DNA of 64,000 nucleotides from assembly GCA_951406725.2 (NCBI GenBank), contig OX597819.1, positions 1,612,001 through 1,676,000 on the forward strand, written 5' to 3'. The first letter of the stretch is position 1; each line of letters begins with the position of its first letter. Shown piece by piece: positions 29,155 through 42,627 of this stretch. Below the pieces are notes generated by a model. The model was given only the letters and a program-made list of their open reading frames with translations. It had not been told where the DNA came from and made no database searches. The position numbers were made by a program, and so were the translations under genes. This DNA is from Octopus vulgaris (taxonomy: Eukaryota).

Positions 29155-29515
29155 TGTTTGTATATGTATATGTATGGATATGTATGTGTGCACACACATT
29201 TATATACATACAGTATTACTTTCATGGCTTTTCATAAATTACCACTTTCCGCCGGGTAATAAGTATGGTAATATATTAAAAACGACCTGCGTTAAGGTCA
29301 GTTGTTCAGCTGGCAAGAATTTCGATTGTTGTATCAGAAGTTGTAATGATGCAAGACTGACAGGAAATATATAGGCAAACAGCTGGCTAATGCTAAACAT
29401 ACAGCTTCAGAATTTGTGAGAATTGTTCTGTAGACAATTCTCACAAAGTTGATATACAGTGCTAAAGTAAAAGCAAACAACAGAGACGAACCTAATGTGT
29501 GTGTGTATGTGTGTT

Positions 29516-29595
<80 letters not shown>

Positions 29596-30615
29596 TGTGT
29601 ATATGTATATACATATATAAATATACATACACACACACGTACGCACACACGCAGACACACACACGCATACAATAGGGCAACTGAATTGACATCCGAAGAC
29701 GGACTTTAATAACCACAAACATTCCTTTGAAAAATACACCATACCTTTGTCGAAATTTGTATGGTTCTTATGAGAGGCAAGTTCACACAAATTCAAAATT
29801 AGCTGGCCGAGTGTAGATAAGGCACAGTCATACATGAATTCTGAATAAAAATGTGGTTTGTTACCTGTATTTGGGTTAAAAATTAAGAAGTAGTTTCAAG
29901 AGAGTAAGATTTTGTAGAAAATAATTGAATGTGCAAAGCTAAGTATCTTTTGTGTAAGTACAAGACTCCTCGAAAATTTGATTTCGTCTGGAAAGTTCCA
30001 TTCGAGATATTTGAAAAAAAAAAAAAGAAATTGCTTTTAAAACTACTTAAAAGAACTGTCATTTCATACGGGTATGAAATCCCTAATAATAAAGTTTAAG
30101 ACGTTTGAAGTATTCCCATGAGAAAGAGAAATGAAATGAAAAGCGCGATCCCGAAACAGCCGTTTTGACACGTATCGCTCGACCAAGTTGTTTGAAGAAA
30201 TTTTATGAAAAGAGTTTTCTTGATAAGTTTCGTATAACATTTCAAGATATATTCAAACAATAGACGATTCTCGAGAAAACAGGCTTTGTTTAGCAGATGA
30301 GAGAGTAGTAACATGAAACTTAGATATGTTTAGGGTGCGCTTTCGCTGAAGGTTATGGGTCTTTCAGTAATAATTTATAAAATAATACTTTACTTCTACG
30401 TATTGAGTTCTGCAATTTCTGACCTCGTGGTGAATGTATGTATGTATGTATGTATGTATGTATGTATGTATGTATGTATGTATGTATGTATGTATGTATG
30501 TATGTATGTATGTATGTGTGAGTGTGTGTGTGTATGTATGTATGTATGTATGTATGTATGTATGTATGTATGTATGTATGTATGTATGTATGTATGTATG
30601 TATGTATGTATGTAT

Positions 30616-30686
<71 letters not shown>

Positions 30687-32559
30687 CATACATACATGTG
30701 CCGGCATTCTGAACAGTTTCAGTCTATCAAATTCCCTCACAATGAATAAACCTAGTGGGAGGCTTTAGTAGTAATTATATTCTTAAGGTGTCTTATAATT
30801 ATGAAACTGAACCCATGGTTGTGCAGTAAAAAGTAAAATTTTCAACAACTATTCAGCAACAGCCATGGGTAATATATTTCATTGTGCATATGTAAGTAAC
30901 AGATTATTATCTCAGTTGACTGTGCATATTCATAGACTTGGCACTATCTAATACACATATACATGAACAAAACATCTTTTTTTTTAGTATCATTAGACGT
31001 TTGTGTGTTTTATAATTCCATGTTTGTGGATATACCATATTTACATTCTTTACTTTGACCAGAACAAAACTAAACATAAAATTTGTAATTGCCACCGCAC
31101 CTTTTGCATTTATGTACCTCACTGTTAGCTTTGTTTCCAACTGACATACTCAAAATCATGTGTAGTATTACTACCACTCGGACAAATGTATTTTCACCTG
31201 AACTTTTTGTATAATAGCTACAACGTTGTGCAAATCAAGATTATCAGTTCTTTGAGTTTGCCTGTTATTGTTGTGTCGCGTAGACGAACGTTCAATGTAT
31301 GCAAAAACAAATTGCCATTCAAACCATTAAAGTTACATTCACGTAACATTTCTCTCAAATACTCATAAATTCTGCCGTTTTCTTCGTAATGAGAAATCTG
31401 TCTTTATTAATTCTAAATGCGCAGAAATTGTTGAAATGTTCTATGACAACCACATACATCTTTTTACCATGGACTTGTTCATGAGTGAAATTAATGTAAA
31501 TTAATTTACCTCATTCAAAAATGGTACGTAGTCGTTTGCAGATTTGACTTTTTCAGCTGACTCATCCATTTTGCAATTTTTGTCTCTCAATAAATTACAG
31601 CAATTAAAGTCCGAAGCAACTTTTCAATCAACCAATTTACTAGCAAACAAATCAAGAGCAGCGAACACTACCATTTCATGTTATACAGGTCGATAACGTC
31701 AATAATCCGATTCAGCCGGTACATCTGACACCATATCATGTCAGTGTATCACTAGCTTGTTCTAAAGATGGAAGCGGAATGCATAAGTATATATCAGATA
31801 ACATATGTGAAGCAAGAAAACTCTCGTTGCAACTGAGTTGTGCTTCGTAATGCAGTTAATTAAACGGGATTATATGGAAATGATGATGATATTAATAATA
31901 AAACATAAGTCCATGCATTAGTTAGGGAATTTGAGGTGTGTTGTACACGTCTGTAGTTGTATGACAAGCACCAAAGGGATTACAACAAAATGGTTATTTT
32001 TGAAATCTCCAACGTAGGATAAGTCCTATATTATAGATTATCAATATCACCTACACAATGTACTCCCTGAAATGACATTATGTGGGTCTCTCTCTTTCTC
32101 TCTCTCTCACACACACATACTCACACACACTCACACACACACACACACAAATACGCTCACACGCACATATATTACATAGCATTATGCTATAAGTAACTTC
32201 TTAAATCTCTTAAAGATAAGATTCTTTTATTTTCGTACTGTCTCCCAGTAATCTTCGCAAATGCTATTTGCGCTATTGTAATATCAGCTAACAAACAATC
32301 TTTCGCCAAACTACTTTAGAAATGACGACAAATATTTTAATAATTGACATCAGAATAGTGATTTATTATAATGGCGTTCAGAAAAGAGTTGAGAAGGAAT
32401 TACTTAGAATAAAGTATTATCACAGTATGCAGAAAACGCTTCTGGTTTCATTCGAGATTTGTAGGCTCTCTCGAAATGATCAGTGCTCAGTCGCCCAGAC
32501 TTCGATGTTGGTTAGATTATTGCTATTAATGTTAATCTTAAACAACTAAATTTCGGTGA

Positions 32560-33190
32560 TGGAAGAAGCTCATGGACAAGGAGAAAGAGTTTAACTGAGT
32601 CAGTGATTAATGAGGAAGACACAGGTATGATTAATCTGGAAGACATATGTATGAGAAGAGAATCAAGTGTGTTGAGTAGGTTTGAAGGCTGTGTTGTACA
32701 ATAAGATAGCGTAGAAAAGGCATCGTGAGTAGACATCACGTCTGTGGAATGAAGGTTGAAGTATATCGGTTGGGGGCCTGTGTCGACTAATTGAGACACT
32801 TTTGTTAGAGATAGTTTTATTCTATTTGCTGCAGTAGTAGGTTAAGATTTAGAAGCTGGTTTGTAGAGAATTAAAAACACCTAGGAGAATTGTTAATCAA
32901 TAGAATGCAGGTTTTCTTGTAAACGCAGATTGCCAGAAGAGACCATCAGTAAGTGTAACGCTTGGTGCTTGTAGGAACTTTACTGGTTTTAGCAGTGCGA
33001 TGTATATCACTTGAATAAAATATCTCGTTGATATGTTTTAGCGATTTTGTCTGTTTGCTTTTGAAAGATAAAATACTGATATGCTCTTATTGGAAAATGG
33101 TTAAAGAACTTTAACGTGAGGTATTCAGGCTGCATGGGAATGATGTAAGTGTACAGAAGATTAGGAAAGAATGAATAGTGGAGTCAGCTA
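32560..33190 (-). mobile_element. Decayed Penelope-like RT fragment
   Basis: ORF 32512-32799(-) LHSTDVMSTHDAFSTLSY..QPS..NTLDSL resembles the PLE RT segment DVxSLYT.IPH.DGL.AL...QPS..TL. Confidence 0.4.
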
Positions 33191-33518
33191 CACGGAAGTG
33201 GATGCTGTTACAGGCACTTCAATTTGACAAGGATGAAAAATATCAAAGGAAATGCTTTGGAACTAGTATCTCCATAACTATTTAGACCCTCCTATCAAGA
33301 AGCATTTAACTAGTCTGAAAGTGATGCTTGCTAGCACAAGCTATAACGAATAACATCGATAGACATTCCCGTAGTTCAATAGAATTATATCTTTCTATCG
33401 CGAAGAATTAACATATATCTGTATTCAGATTGACGCCTCTGAGAACGTTTCTGAATTTGACGACTGTCTTCTTATATACTGTAGCATTAACCTATGGGCA
33501 GTTGTGTGTTGTACTAAC

Positions 33519-33711
33519 ACTGCCTTTTCTGTTCTAGATTTAAGGGATGAGGAATTATGTACATTGTTTACATTATTTACATTTGACAGATATTTGTCCT
33601 CATCTTGTTTGTTGTTAACACAATGTTTTGGCTGATATACCCACCAACCTTCATCAGGTGTCTTGGGGAAATTTCGAACCTGGGTTCTCATTCCTAAGGT
33701 ATTTTTCGATG

Positions 33712-33780
<69 letters not shown>

Positions 33781-33845
33781 TCACTGCCTGGAATCTTGGG
33801 GTTAGTAGCTCGCGCACTTAACCACTACGCCATATGGGTGCGGGC

Positions 33846-33906
<61 letters not shown>

Positions 33907-33929
33907 TAATAATAATAATAATAATAATG

Positions 33930-33987
<58 letters not shown>

Positions 33988-34173
33988 TAATAATATCAAC
34001 ATCGAAAAAGACCTTAAGAATGAGAATCCAGGTTCGAAATTTCCCCAAGACACCTGACGAAGGCTGTAGGGGGGGGGGGTATATCAGCCGAAACGTTGTG
34101 TTAACAACAAACAAGATGAGGACAAATATCCGTCAAATGTAAATAATGTAAATAATGTACTGCCTTCTCTGTT
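33519..34173. mobile_element. Non-autonomous Penelope-like fold-back element (tRNA-like head + (AAT)n + hammerhead tail, with an inverted truncated copy), 15-bp TSD
   Basis: Arms 33559-33714 and 33997-34160 are reverse complements. The direct repeat actgcctt(t/c)tctgtt lies at 33519-33533 and 34159-34173. A tRNA-like TGGCGTAGTGGTTAAG segment lies on the minus strand at about 33777-33836. Confidence 0.75.
34049..34102 (+). ncRNA. Minimal type I hammerhead ribozyme (Penelope-type)
   Basis: Stem I GACAC/GUGUU; core CUGACGA plus one extra A; stem II GGCUG/CAGCC; GAAA; palindromic ACGU stem III; UH triplet GUU. Confidence 0.7.
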
Positions 34174-34904
34174 GCCTCTTTCCTGGTCATAAAGATCGAG
34201 CCATATATTTATGTATTTATTGACCGGTCGGTGGGGCACACATCGTGTGACAAATGATTTTCTTTATCTGCTTCTTCAGAGATCTTTGCATGTACCTGTG
34301 TTTCTCGAGTAACAGGGGGTCAGAGGTAGGTAGTTTCCTCCTTTCTATATCCTCGGTAAATTTGTCGGGCAAGATGGTACAATCTTTTGTGGCCTAGCCC
34401 TCCCACTTTCTTGCCAGCTGTTTCATTTAGGCTTGCGACTTTGGGAAAATAGGTGTGACTGTTGCTGTTGACTCAAGGTTATAATTTGTGGTCTTGTCGT
34501 TTTTTTCATTTGGTTTTGTCAAATATCTGTGTTTACACCTGTGTCTGCATGTTCAGTATTATCTACTTCCTCGATTTTTCAAGCTAAAGTTTGAGTGTAA
34601 GAGCGTATACCTTAATGGCTAATACCTCTTGTAACGCTCCCAGAGCTGGCTATTTTGCATCGCTATTAGGCATTGGTGCAGAAGCAAGAAAATATTTTTA
34701 AAATTACGTAAGAACCTTCTTCACCCCAGGGAAAGAAAGTAGAGGCATAAATGTCCGAAATTTCTGCGTTGGTGAAAAAGCTTCCTTTTCATTTCCGAAG
34801 CTCTGTTGTTTCTAGACGTCAGCTCGTGACAAACATTAATAACAACAATGACAGCAACAACAGTAATTATAATAATAATTTCCTAAATTAATAATTGTTT
34901 CTAA

Positions 34905-35090
34905 TATAGGAATAAAACCAGAAATTTTTGGAGAGGCGTTAGTCAATTATATCGGTTTCAGTAATTGACTGGTACTTAACTTCCATCGATCTCTAAAAGA
35001 TGAAAATCGAAGTTAACCTCATTGCGATTTGAACCGGGAGCATAAAGGTCAGAATACAATGCATTTTGTCAGCCGTCTACAACGCAAGGT
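34905..35090 (-). mobile_element. Old OR-like SINE copy
   Basis: gactggtacttaacttccatcgatctctaaaagatgaaaatcgaagttaacctc..atttgaac is a diverged form of the core. Confidence 0.65.
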
Positions 35091-35099
35091 CATCATTCG

Positions 35100-36330
35100 C
35101 AATTTTCAGTACTGAGAATTTCACATTGTTCCAGCGGGAGAGGAGTTTCTCATAATGTGTGTTGTTTGTCTTTGCTCAGGGTTTGCTTTTATGATCTAAG
35201 TTTTTTTCTCTTTCCTGCAGATTGTCATTTCTTTCCTGCAACCATCTCCACCCACAGCATATTATGAGATTGTACTGCTGGAAAGGGGAGGCTTAGTTCT
35301 CGCTTGTCTAGTTCTTGTACTGAATACTAAGTAATGTTTCAGACTACTCTAAGTCTTCGGCTAGTAGTGTCTTGCATACAGCTGCTATTGCTGTTTCTAT
35401 CCCTCCTGTTATTTGCCGGCACGCATATCCTCTGCTTTTTCAGCACCTTTGAGCAGAAAGCCTTGATGTAGCTTTTACTCCCATTCATATAACATTTTGT
35501 CTTCCTGTACCAGCAATGAATTTCTTTACTTACTGCACCACCAATGGGGTACATATCCAGAATATCTTTTATAGTATTTTAACGCCTGTTTATCTATATA
35601 GATCCTATCCGACTATTTATTGTTTTGTGTTATCTCTGCGACCACAATCTATACATACTGCTCTGTAAATGCGACAACGAGTCAAGGATTAACGACATTA
35701 ATACTTGTGTTTCATCTCCCCCATAAATCTGTACACATACAGTTCATAGACCTCTACTAGGAAGTCTCCAAACAATTCCGGCATATGGAGATAGATCTTG
35801 TAGAACATATCCTTCTTCCCGGGTGATTTCCCACCCCCACCGAGCAGTCAGCTATTCCTTCACGTATTTCATCCACTCTTATCGGCTTTCGTAGAACTCC
35901 GCATCTCCAATCGGGAGTCGCAGTAGACCATCGCCGTAGAGAGTAAAATCTACTTTCGTTTTCGACGACGCAGCATCCGTCCCGAACTGTCCAGCAAAGT
36001 GCTACTTTACAGCTGTACATATCTACTTGAGATGAACTGGCGGGAACCTGTTTCCAAAGCGAATTAAGGGCATCTTAGATAAATGGAGAGAAGCACCACT
36101 TACAATATATACTTCTTCCATCCCTCCAGCTATTTGGATGAATTTCCACGAATAAGCTTTTTTGTAGTATTTCGTTAATATTCCAGTAGAAATCTATACC
36201 GTCTGCATATTCGATTTGTTTTAAAGATTGTGTGTTCTATTTCCTGTTGATTACTGTTATGCGTGCTGATATAGTATTTGCTACTAAGATGCAGATATCA
36301 TGTGTGGTGTTTGTATGTTGATGCATGTAA
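35100..36330 (-). mobile_element. Decayed RLE-type LINE (RT region)
   Basis: Minus-strand KKLISWK...G.DG-like and RT-like fragments with many stops. Confidence 0.45.
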
Positions 36331-37849
36331 TTCATTGATGTTCTTTGGCTTGTGTAATTAATGACTTTTTTTGTTTGTGTTTGAGATGGAGTTCTGGTTG
36401 TTGATTGCGTGATCTAGTTTGTGCTTGTGTTTGTAACATTGTTAGTGTCGGTGGTGGTGGTCGTGGTTGTAACAATGACGATGATGTTGACAGCAATGGG
36501 GTTACTGCTTTGGAAGTGTTGGTGCATCATCTACCCAATCCGTTCGAATCACCCGGGGTCTTTTGTTGGCATGATGTTGTTTTCTTTTTTCTTTCTATTC
36601 GTCACTTTAGCTGTTTGGAGTATCCACCACCACCACCACCACCACCACCTCCCACACATCACATGTCTGAGTAGTCTGAAGTGAGGAGAGTCACGTGTTT
36701 GACGGAAGATTATGGAGTTGTTCCTTTGCTGTCCTTTTTGTTGATATTTTTGCTCTTCCTGTTGCTGTTGTCTGCGATATTGTCGCGCTTAGAGACGGTG
36801 CTTCCTATTTGGTTTTTGCTTCTTCCAATGTTGACGCTGTTGTTGTTATGGTTGTCGATGTTGCTTATATTCTTGAATCTGGCGCTGTAACGACTGTTGT
36901 TGTGGCTGCTCACTGTCATCGATGCTGCATTTGGTGTTGCGCTACTGCCGTTGTTGTAGTTGTTGTTGTGATGTGGATGTGATGTGGAGAGTAGTCGAGG
37001 CCTTCTTGGAGCTGTTACTTTCTACTGTTTTACAGGTAGAAGACATTGACCTGATCGATGTTTCCATAATTGTGCTATCGAAGCCCTCCATTACCCTCCA
37101 TTACTGCCTGCTCTTCACATCGCTAGTCGTTAAGGTTCCAGTTAAACGTCTTAACTTGCAACTAATCCGGTACTATACAACCGTATTTACAGGCACAGGT
37201 GACAAAGCTTACATTTCTTCAAGTGTCTTTCAAGCTGAGTACAGTTTGCTTGGGGGGGGGGACTCGCTCCAGTCTGTGTATTTTCAATTATATGTATCCG
37301 TATACCACTGATGTTTTTTCTAACCACTTTTGAATGTCACGTGGGGCCGTGGATGCTACTTGTCTTCCGAAGACCCTTGATATGTTGTTCTGCATCTTCT
37401 ATGTACTTGTACTTTTCCAGTGGGACTGAAATCAAAAGCTTTTGCAGCACCAGCAAATACTGTGCTTCCACTACCGATGCTATTGTTCCTTTTGTTGCTG
37501 TTGCTACTGATGTTGTTGCTGCTGTTGTTCGTCATTATTACTGTTGTGGTGTTCTGTTGGAAGGTATTGTTTGTGAACGACAGTTTCACTTTCAAAATTG
37601 CCCCTTAGCGTCCCCTGTTGCTGACCGGCCGGTAATGAAGGTCACTTTGAAAACTCTATTTTGATGTGAAAAAAATAAACTTTCACTTGGAATTTTCAAT
37701 TCATTATGTAAAGAGCCAGAGCAAATATCGCAAGGCAGTTTCCCCGATGCTCCGGCGATTTTGCTAATTAACAACAACACCAATAATTAAACGCCAGTGT
37801 TTCTTTGAAGAAAGCAAACAGCTCGACTCCACCTCAAAACGATTCTATC

Positions 37850-40040
37850 AAGAACTTGGTAAAAAAATAAAACAGAAGACAATGCAGCGCCAACAGTAAG
37901 AAAAGTAAAAAAAAAAAAAAATACCGGACAGTTTTGGCTGTGAAAGAATCACTGAGAAAAAGACTCATCAAATAATGAACATAACTTTGGAATGAATGTG
38001 GGCGTACTTATAAACAAAACAAGTGGCCCAGATGCATAAAAAGATAAAAGAAGTGGAAAGTATCCGGGCATGACATGACACCCAAAATTTCGCTAAAATA
38101 TTTAGAATGAGGTGTTAGCGGAGAAATTTAATGAGATGCCGACAAAACTAGTGACAACATCTGACTGATTCACTGAAGGAAAAAACAATCTTCTCGACTC
38201 TACAGAAAGCACAAATGTCTTTCTTTAACCTATAAAACTGTAACTTGGATAATATCGTATAAATCGAACAAAATCTAGAAGGAAACAGTAAAGCGATAAT
38301 CGAAGTCTGCTGCAGGAAATAGAATGACCTGAGAATAGCATGTATTGACTACAGGACGATTTTCGAAAGTATTCTCCGCAAATAGATCCTTGAAACAATA
38401 ATGATAGGTAACATAACAGAACAATAACAAGAAATACACTAAACTTTTCATTAGCAAATGGCAAACAGTTTTGCTGTTACAGATAAAAAAGAGAATTGTA
38501 AAAAGTAAACCCATTCTCATTAAAAGAAAATTATTCAAAGGAACTTTCTCTTTTGCTACCTTTCTTACGGGCGTCGACGCCTTTGACGAGCATGCTAAAC
38601 AGAACTGGACGTGAATACTAATGATATGGTAAGACAATTGGCCATGTCTTGTATATGAATATCGGCAAACTGTGTATTGCAAATACTGAAAGACTAAAAG
38701 TATTTCTGTATGTAATGCACGGATTTACCAAAGAAATAAATAAGAGATTCGGTTTAGAAAAAAAGCGCTAAATCGACCTTGAAGAGAGGAAAATTAATTA
38801 AGAATATTAATATCATACTAGATAAAGAAACTGAGATATGAGAATTGGACCAATCACAGACAGGAAAAAATCAATGGAACAGACTGCACAACACACTCAA
38901 ATGAAAGAAAAGATTAAGTGGGAAAATTATAGACGCCTCTGATTATTAATAAAAACAGCTAAATGTAAAATATAAGGAAATAAGCATGAATACTGTAGCT
39001 GCTCTGACAATAAGTTACAATTTTAATATCTGGATTATATGCTAACTAAAACAAGATAATGACTTCAGACTACATTTAGAATAATCTCCAACCACAAAAT
39101 TCTGACTTTGGAAGACTATATTTATCAGAACTACAAGACGTTGAGGGCTTTATACAGTTAGAAAATAATTACAAAATATCCACTGTATGACGACAAAAAT
39201 ATTATTACAAACAGTTATTAAACATGAATAAAACTAAAAAATATTTTTGCTTTTTGTGTATTCAAGGAATCGGAGAAGCACAAAGCAGAGGCTGCAATTA
39301 CAGATAGCTATAGGGAAAGAACAAAAAACCGTGAAACAGTTAAGGTCCAAGCCAAATATTGCACTACAGAATACCATGAAAATGAACGGGAAGGAAAACT
39401 TCTACTGGAAAAGACAACTCAGTGGAAATTGACAAAATATTCAAACACATATTGAAAAGAGTAGAATCCGTATTAGAGAGTAGGGTATATATTCAAGCAG
39501 AATACTGTAACTTCAGAATATATAAAGACGGGAAGAAACAATTGAGGACATTGTCTCTGGATGCAGATACTTAGCCAAGAAAGAATACATCCAAACACAT
39601 GACGGAGTTGCTGCTTACAAACACTGGGATTTATTCTACCACCATGAAATACTCATAGGAATGAGTTGGCATAAGCATACACCAAGGAAGTTTCTGAGAG
39701 GGGCAGAACAACCATACACTGGGATATGTCAGTATCAAGGAAAACCAACTAGATATTGTTGTCATGGACCTCGAAGAAAAGAAATACCTGAATATATCAG
39801 TCCCGATAGTTGATAATGTATCTCTAAAAGAGATTAACTAATTATTTAAGTATAACGATTCGGATAAATAGACAGCTCGAATGAAAACGGAAGTAATTCA
39901 TATAATGATATATGCTTTGGGAAAGATCAAAATATATGTAAATATACAACAAAAGCCTAGGGTTTACAAATATGCATTAAGTACAGAAAATAGCACTATC
40001 AGCCACTGCGATAATATTACGTGAAGCACTTTCAATACAG
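37850..40040 (+). mobile_element. Decayed R4/Dong-like LINE, RT through C-terminal endonuclease
   Basis: HVLYM (degenerate YMDD), HGFTKEINKRFGLEK, EETIEDIVSGCRYLAKKEYIQTHDGVAAYKHW, DIVV, ISVP.VDNVSLKE, QKIALSATAIILREAL. Confidence 0.85.
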
Positions 40041-40149
40041 TAGAAATAACAAATCCGAAACACTGCATATATCAAAGGCACACATAAATGCGAAAGTACA
40101 AGATAAAAAAATAAGAGGAACAACAACTACAACGACAACAATAGTAATA

Positions 40150-40341
40150 ATGGTTTCAATTTTGGCACAAGGCCAGCGATTTTGGAGGAGGGGTAAGTCG
40201 AGAGAATAAGTACCAGTGCTCACGAACGGATGAAAAGCAAACTCGACCTCAGCAGAATTCAGAACTCAGAACGTAAAGACGGACAAACTACCGCTAAGCA
40301 TCTTGTCCGACGTTCTAATGATTCTGCCAGTTCGTCACCCC
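40150..40341 (-). mobile_element. OR-like SINE copy
   Basis: Minus strand ggggtgacgaactggcagaatcattagaacgtcggac head plus core; next to (AAT)n. Confidence 0.75.
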
Positions 40342-40397
<56 letters not shown>

Positions 40398-40447
40398 CAA
40401 CAGTAATAATAATTCCTTAATTGGGGACAAGTATCGGAAAAGAACAC

Positions 40448-40777
40448 TTAGACTAATACATTGATTCCTAAGTGTTTGTATACCTGAGTTTGGTCTAATT
40501 CTCTTATTTCAGTTTCTTTATCAAATATGATATTGTTATTCTTAATTAGTTTTCTTCTCAGGGTTGATTTGGCACATTTTTCTAAGCTGAATCTCATATT
40601 GATTTCTTTGGTAAATCCGTGAACCGTCTGTAGTAATGTTTCCAGTTGTTTATCATTTGCAGCATACAACTAGAGATCATCTATATAAAGAGATGGTTGA
40701 TTGGTTTACCATAGCAATTGTATCCAAATACAGTACGGTTAGCATGTCAATCAAAGAAGTCGATGCCAGACACAAAA

Positions 40778-40841
<64 letters not shown>

Positions 40842-42274
40842 TATTTCTTTTGGAATACTCTTCAAATGGTGAAAGGTTTAGTTTTTATAATTCCCTCTTT
40901 TGTCTGCAGAACTGTTTGCTATTGACTCATGGCATGTTTTATGTATTATTTTATTGCTGGTGCTATCTTACTGAAGACCAGTATCTGTTTCTAGGATCCA
41001 CGGAATGGCAAATACTGTCAAAACCCATCTATTAGTTAATCCATGCCATGCTTAGATCATTCATTTTCCTTCGCTAGTCTTTTCCCCATTTGATCTTGTT
41101 GATCAGAAACTGGTTTTTACAAATATGACACTCAGCAGCATCCCTTCAGCTTTTTTTTTTTCTGGAAACACGTTTTTACTTCCAGAAGCTTGCTTATTCC
41201 CTGCAATATTATTTCTACTATTTCACTTCAGGTTGTGTAACTTGTAGGGAGACATGTGGGCCTCTAGGTTTGTGGGTTCAATGTTTACCTGGATTTGGGG
41301 ATTAAGACGGTTTTCTTTTCTGTGAGTACTCACGTGTTTCCGTTAGTTCCATCAGCATCACATTAAACTTGTTTGATATTTGCAGTACTTGGGTTTACTC
41401 TCTCTTTGGTTATGAGCATTCTGAGTTGTTCAAGTGCTGGGTTTGTTGTTTTATCCAGTCCTTTCCTGGTGCTTCCTTTCCTGGTGCTTCCTTTCCTGGT
41501 GCTTCCTTTCCAAAATTCTGTTTCTTTTGCTGTTCGTGTTACATTGACTTCTATTATACTTTTACCAACGTATTGGTAGATTCATTCCATTGTACGCTTT
41601 ATTCAAAAAATCTTTGGCGCTTTACACGCCGACAGGTTCTTTGTGATTTAGCGAGGATCTCCTGTTTTAGGTTTTCTTTTATTTCAGGTATAACTTATTT
41701 GTTGTTTTACATTTCTTTAGCATTTTTCTTTCTTTCCTCTTGTTTCGTAGTTTTGTTTTCTTACCGATATCACTGAGGATTGACAGATTTTTTCTCTTTT
41801 CTCTATCTTTTTCTGAATATCTGTTTCCTATGATATTTTCTTGGGTTTTGGTATCCTATTTATGTGGGTTTCATGGAGTACTAACTTTACTTTATGATTA
41901 ATAATGCTTCTGCATGTGTCATTGTATTTTACTTGTTAATGTTGATGTTTGAATTTGCTGCAATTAAGTCTGTGATAGGCAAATCTGTGTTTTTTTTATT
42001 GTCCTTGTTATCTTATTTTTTCGGGTTTTGAGGTGGAGTGCATTCAGTGGTCCACAAGACGATCTTATTGATTTCAATTCTTGATTTAGACTATATTGAC
42101 CATGATTTCCACGTTCAAAATTTATCTTTAGATCTACTTGATATTCCCTTTTATTTACAGTATTGTTTGCACGGTTCTGATTTAGTATTTTTAGGCCATT
42201 ATTGTTCAGTCCTAGAATTTGAGATTGCCGGGTTTCGTTATTTATTTCGTTTGTGATGCATGTGTCAACCATAT

Positions 42275-42275
<1 letters not shown>
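40448..42275 (-). mobile_element. R4/Dong-like LINE, N-terminal half to RT, inverted relative to the 37850-40040 copy
   Basis: ORF 40448-40669(-) YAANDKQLETLLQTVHGFTKEINMRFSLEKCAKSTL..DKETEIRELDQTQVYKHLGI matches the + copy at about 38700-38860. Confidence 0.85.
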
Positions 42276-42277
<2 letters not shown>

Positions 42278-42360
<83 letters not shown>

Positions 42361-42367
42361 CATTATT

Positions 42368-42466
<99 letters not shown>

Positions 42467-42572
42467 GTTGCTGTTGTTGTTGTTGGTGTTGATGATGATG
42501 TTGCTGTTGTGATTGTTGTTTTGTTGTTACCATAGACATTATCATAACTAAATAATTATCATTACAATAACA

Positions 42573-42607
<35 letters not shown>

Positions 42608-42627
42608 TATTATTGTTATTATTATTG
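42278..42627. repeat. Compound trinucleotide microsatellite (ATT)n-(CAT)n-(GTT)n
   Basis: Directly visible. Confidence 0.95.

Noticed and set aside
33777-33836. Functional tRNA gene
   Set aside because: The T-arm/B box is missing and no full cloverleaf forms; it is an element head. The same applies to the other SINE heads.
36400-37660. Asn/Val/Leu-rich overlapping ORFs
   Set aside because: Degenerate (GTT/GAT/GGT)n low-complexity sequence with no splice-supported exon; the tacAG|GTAGAA at about 37034 has a weak donor.
41459-41511. 15-bp unit (ctttcctggtgcttc) repeated three times, CRISPR-like?
   Set aside because: No spacers; a simple tandem duplication inside a decayed LINE in a eukaryote.
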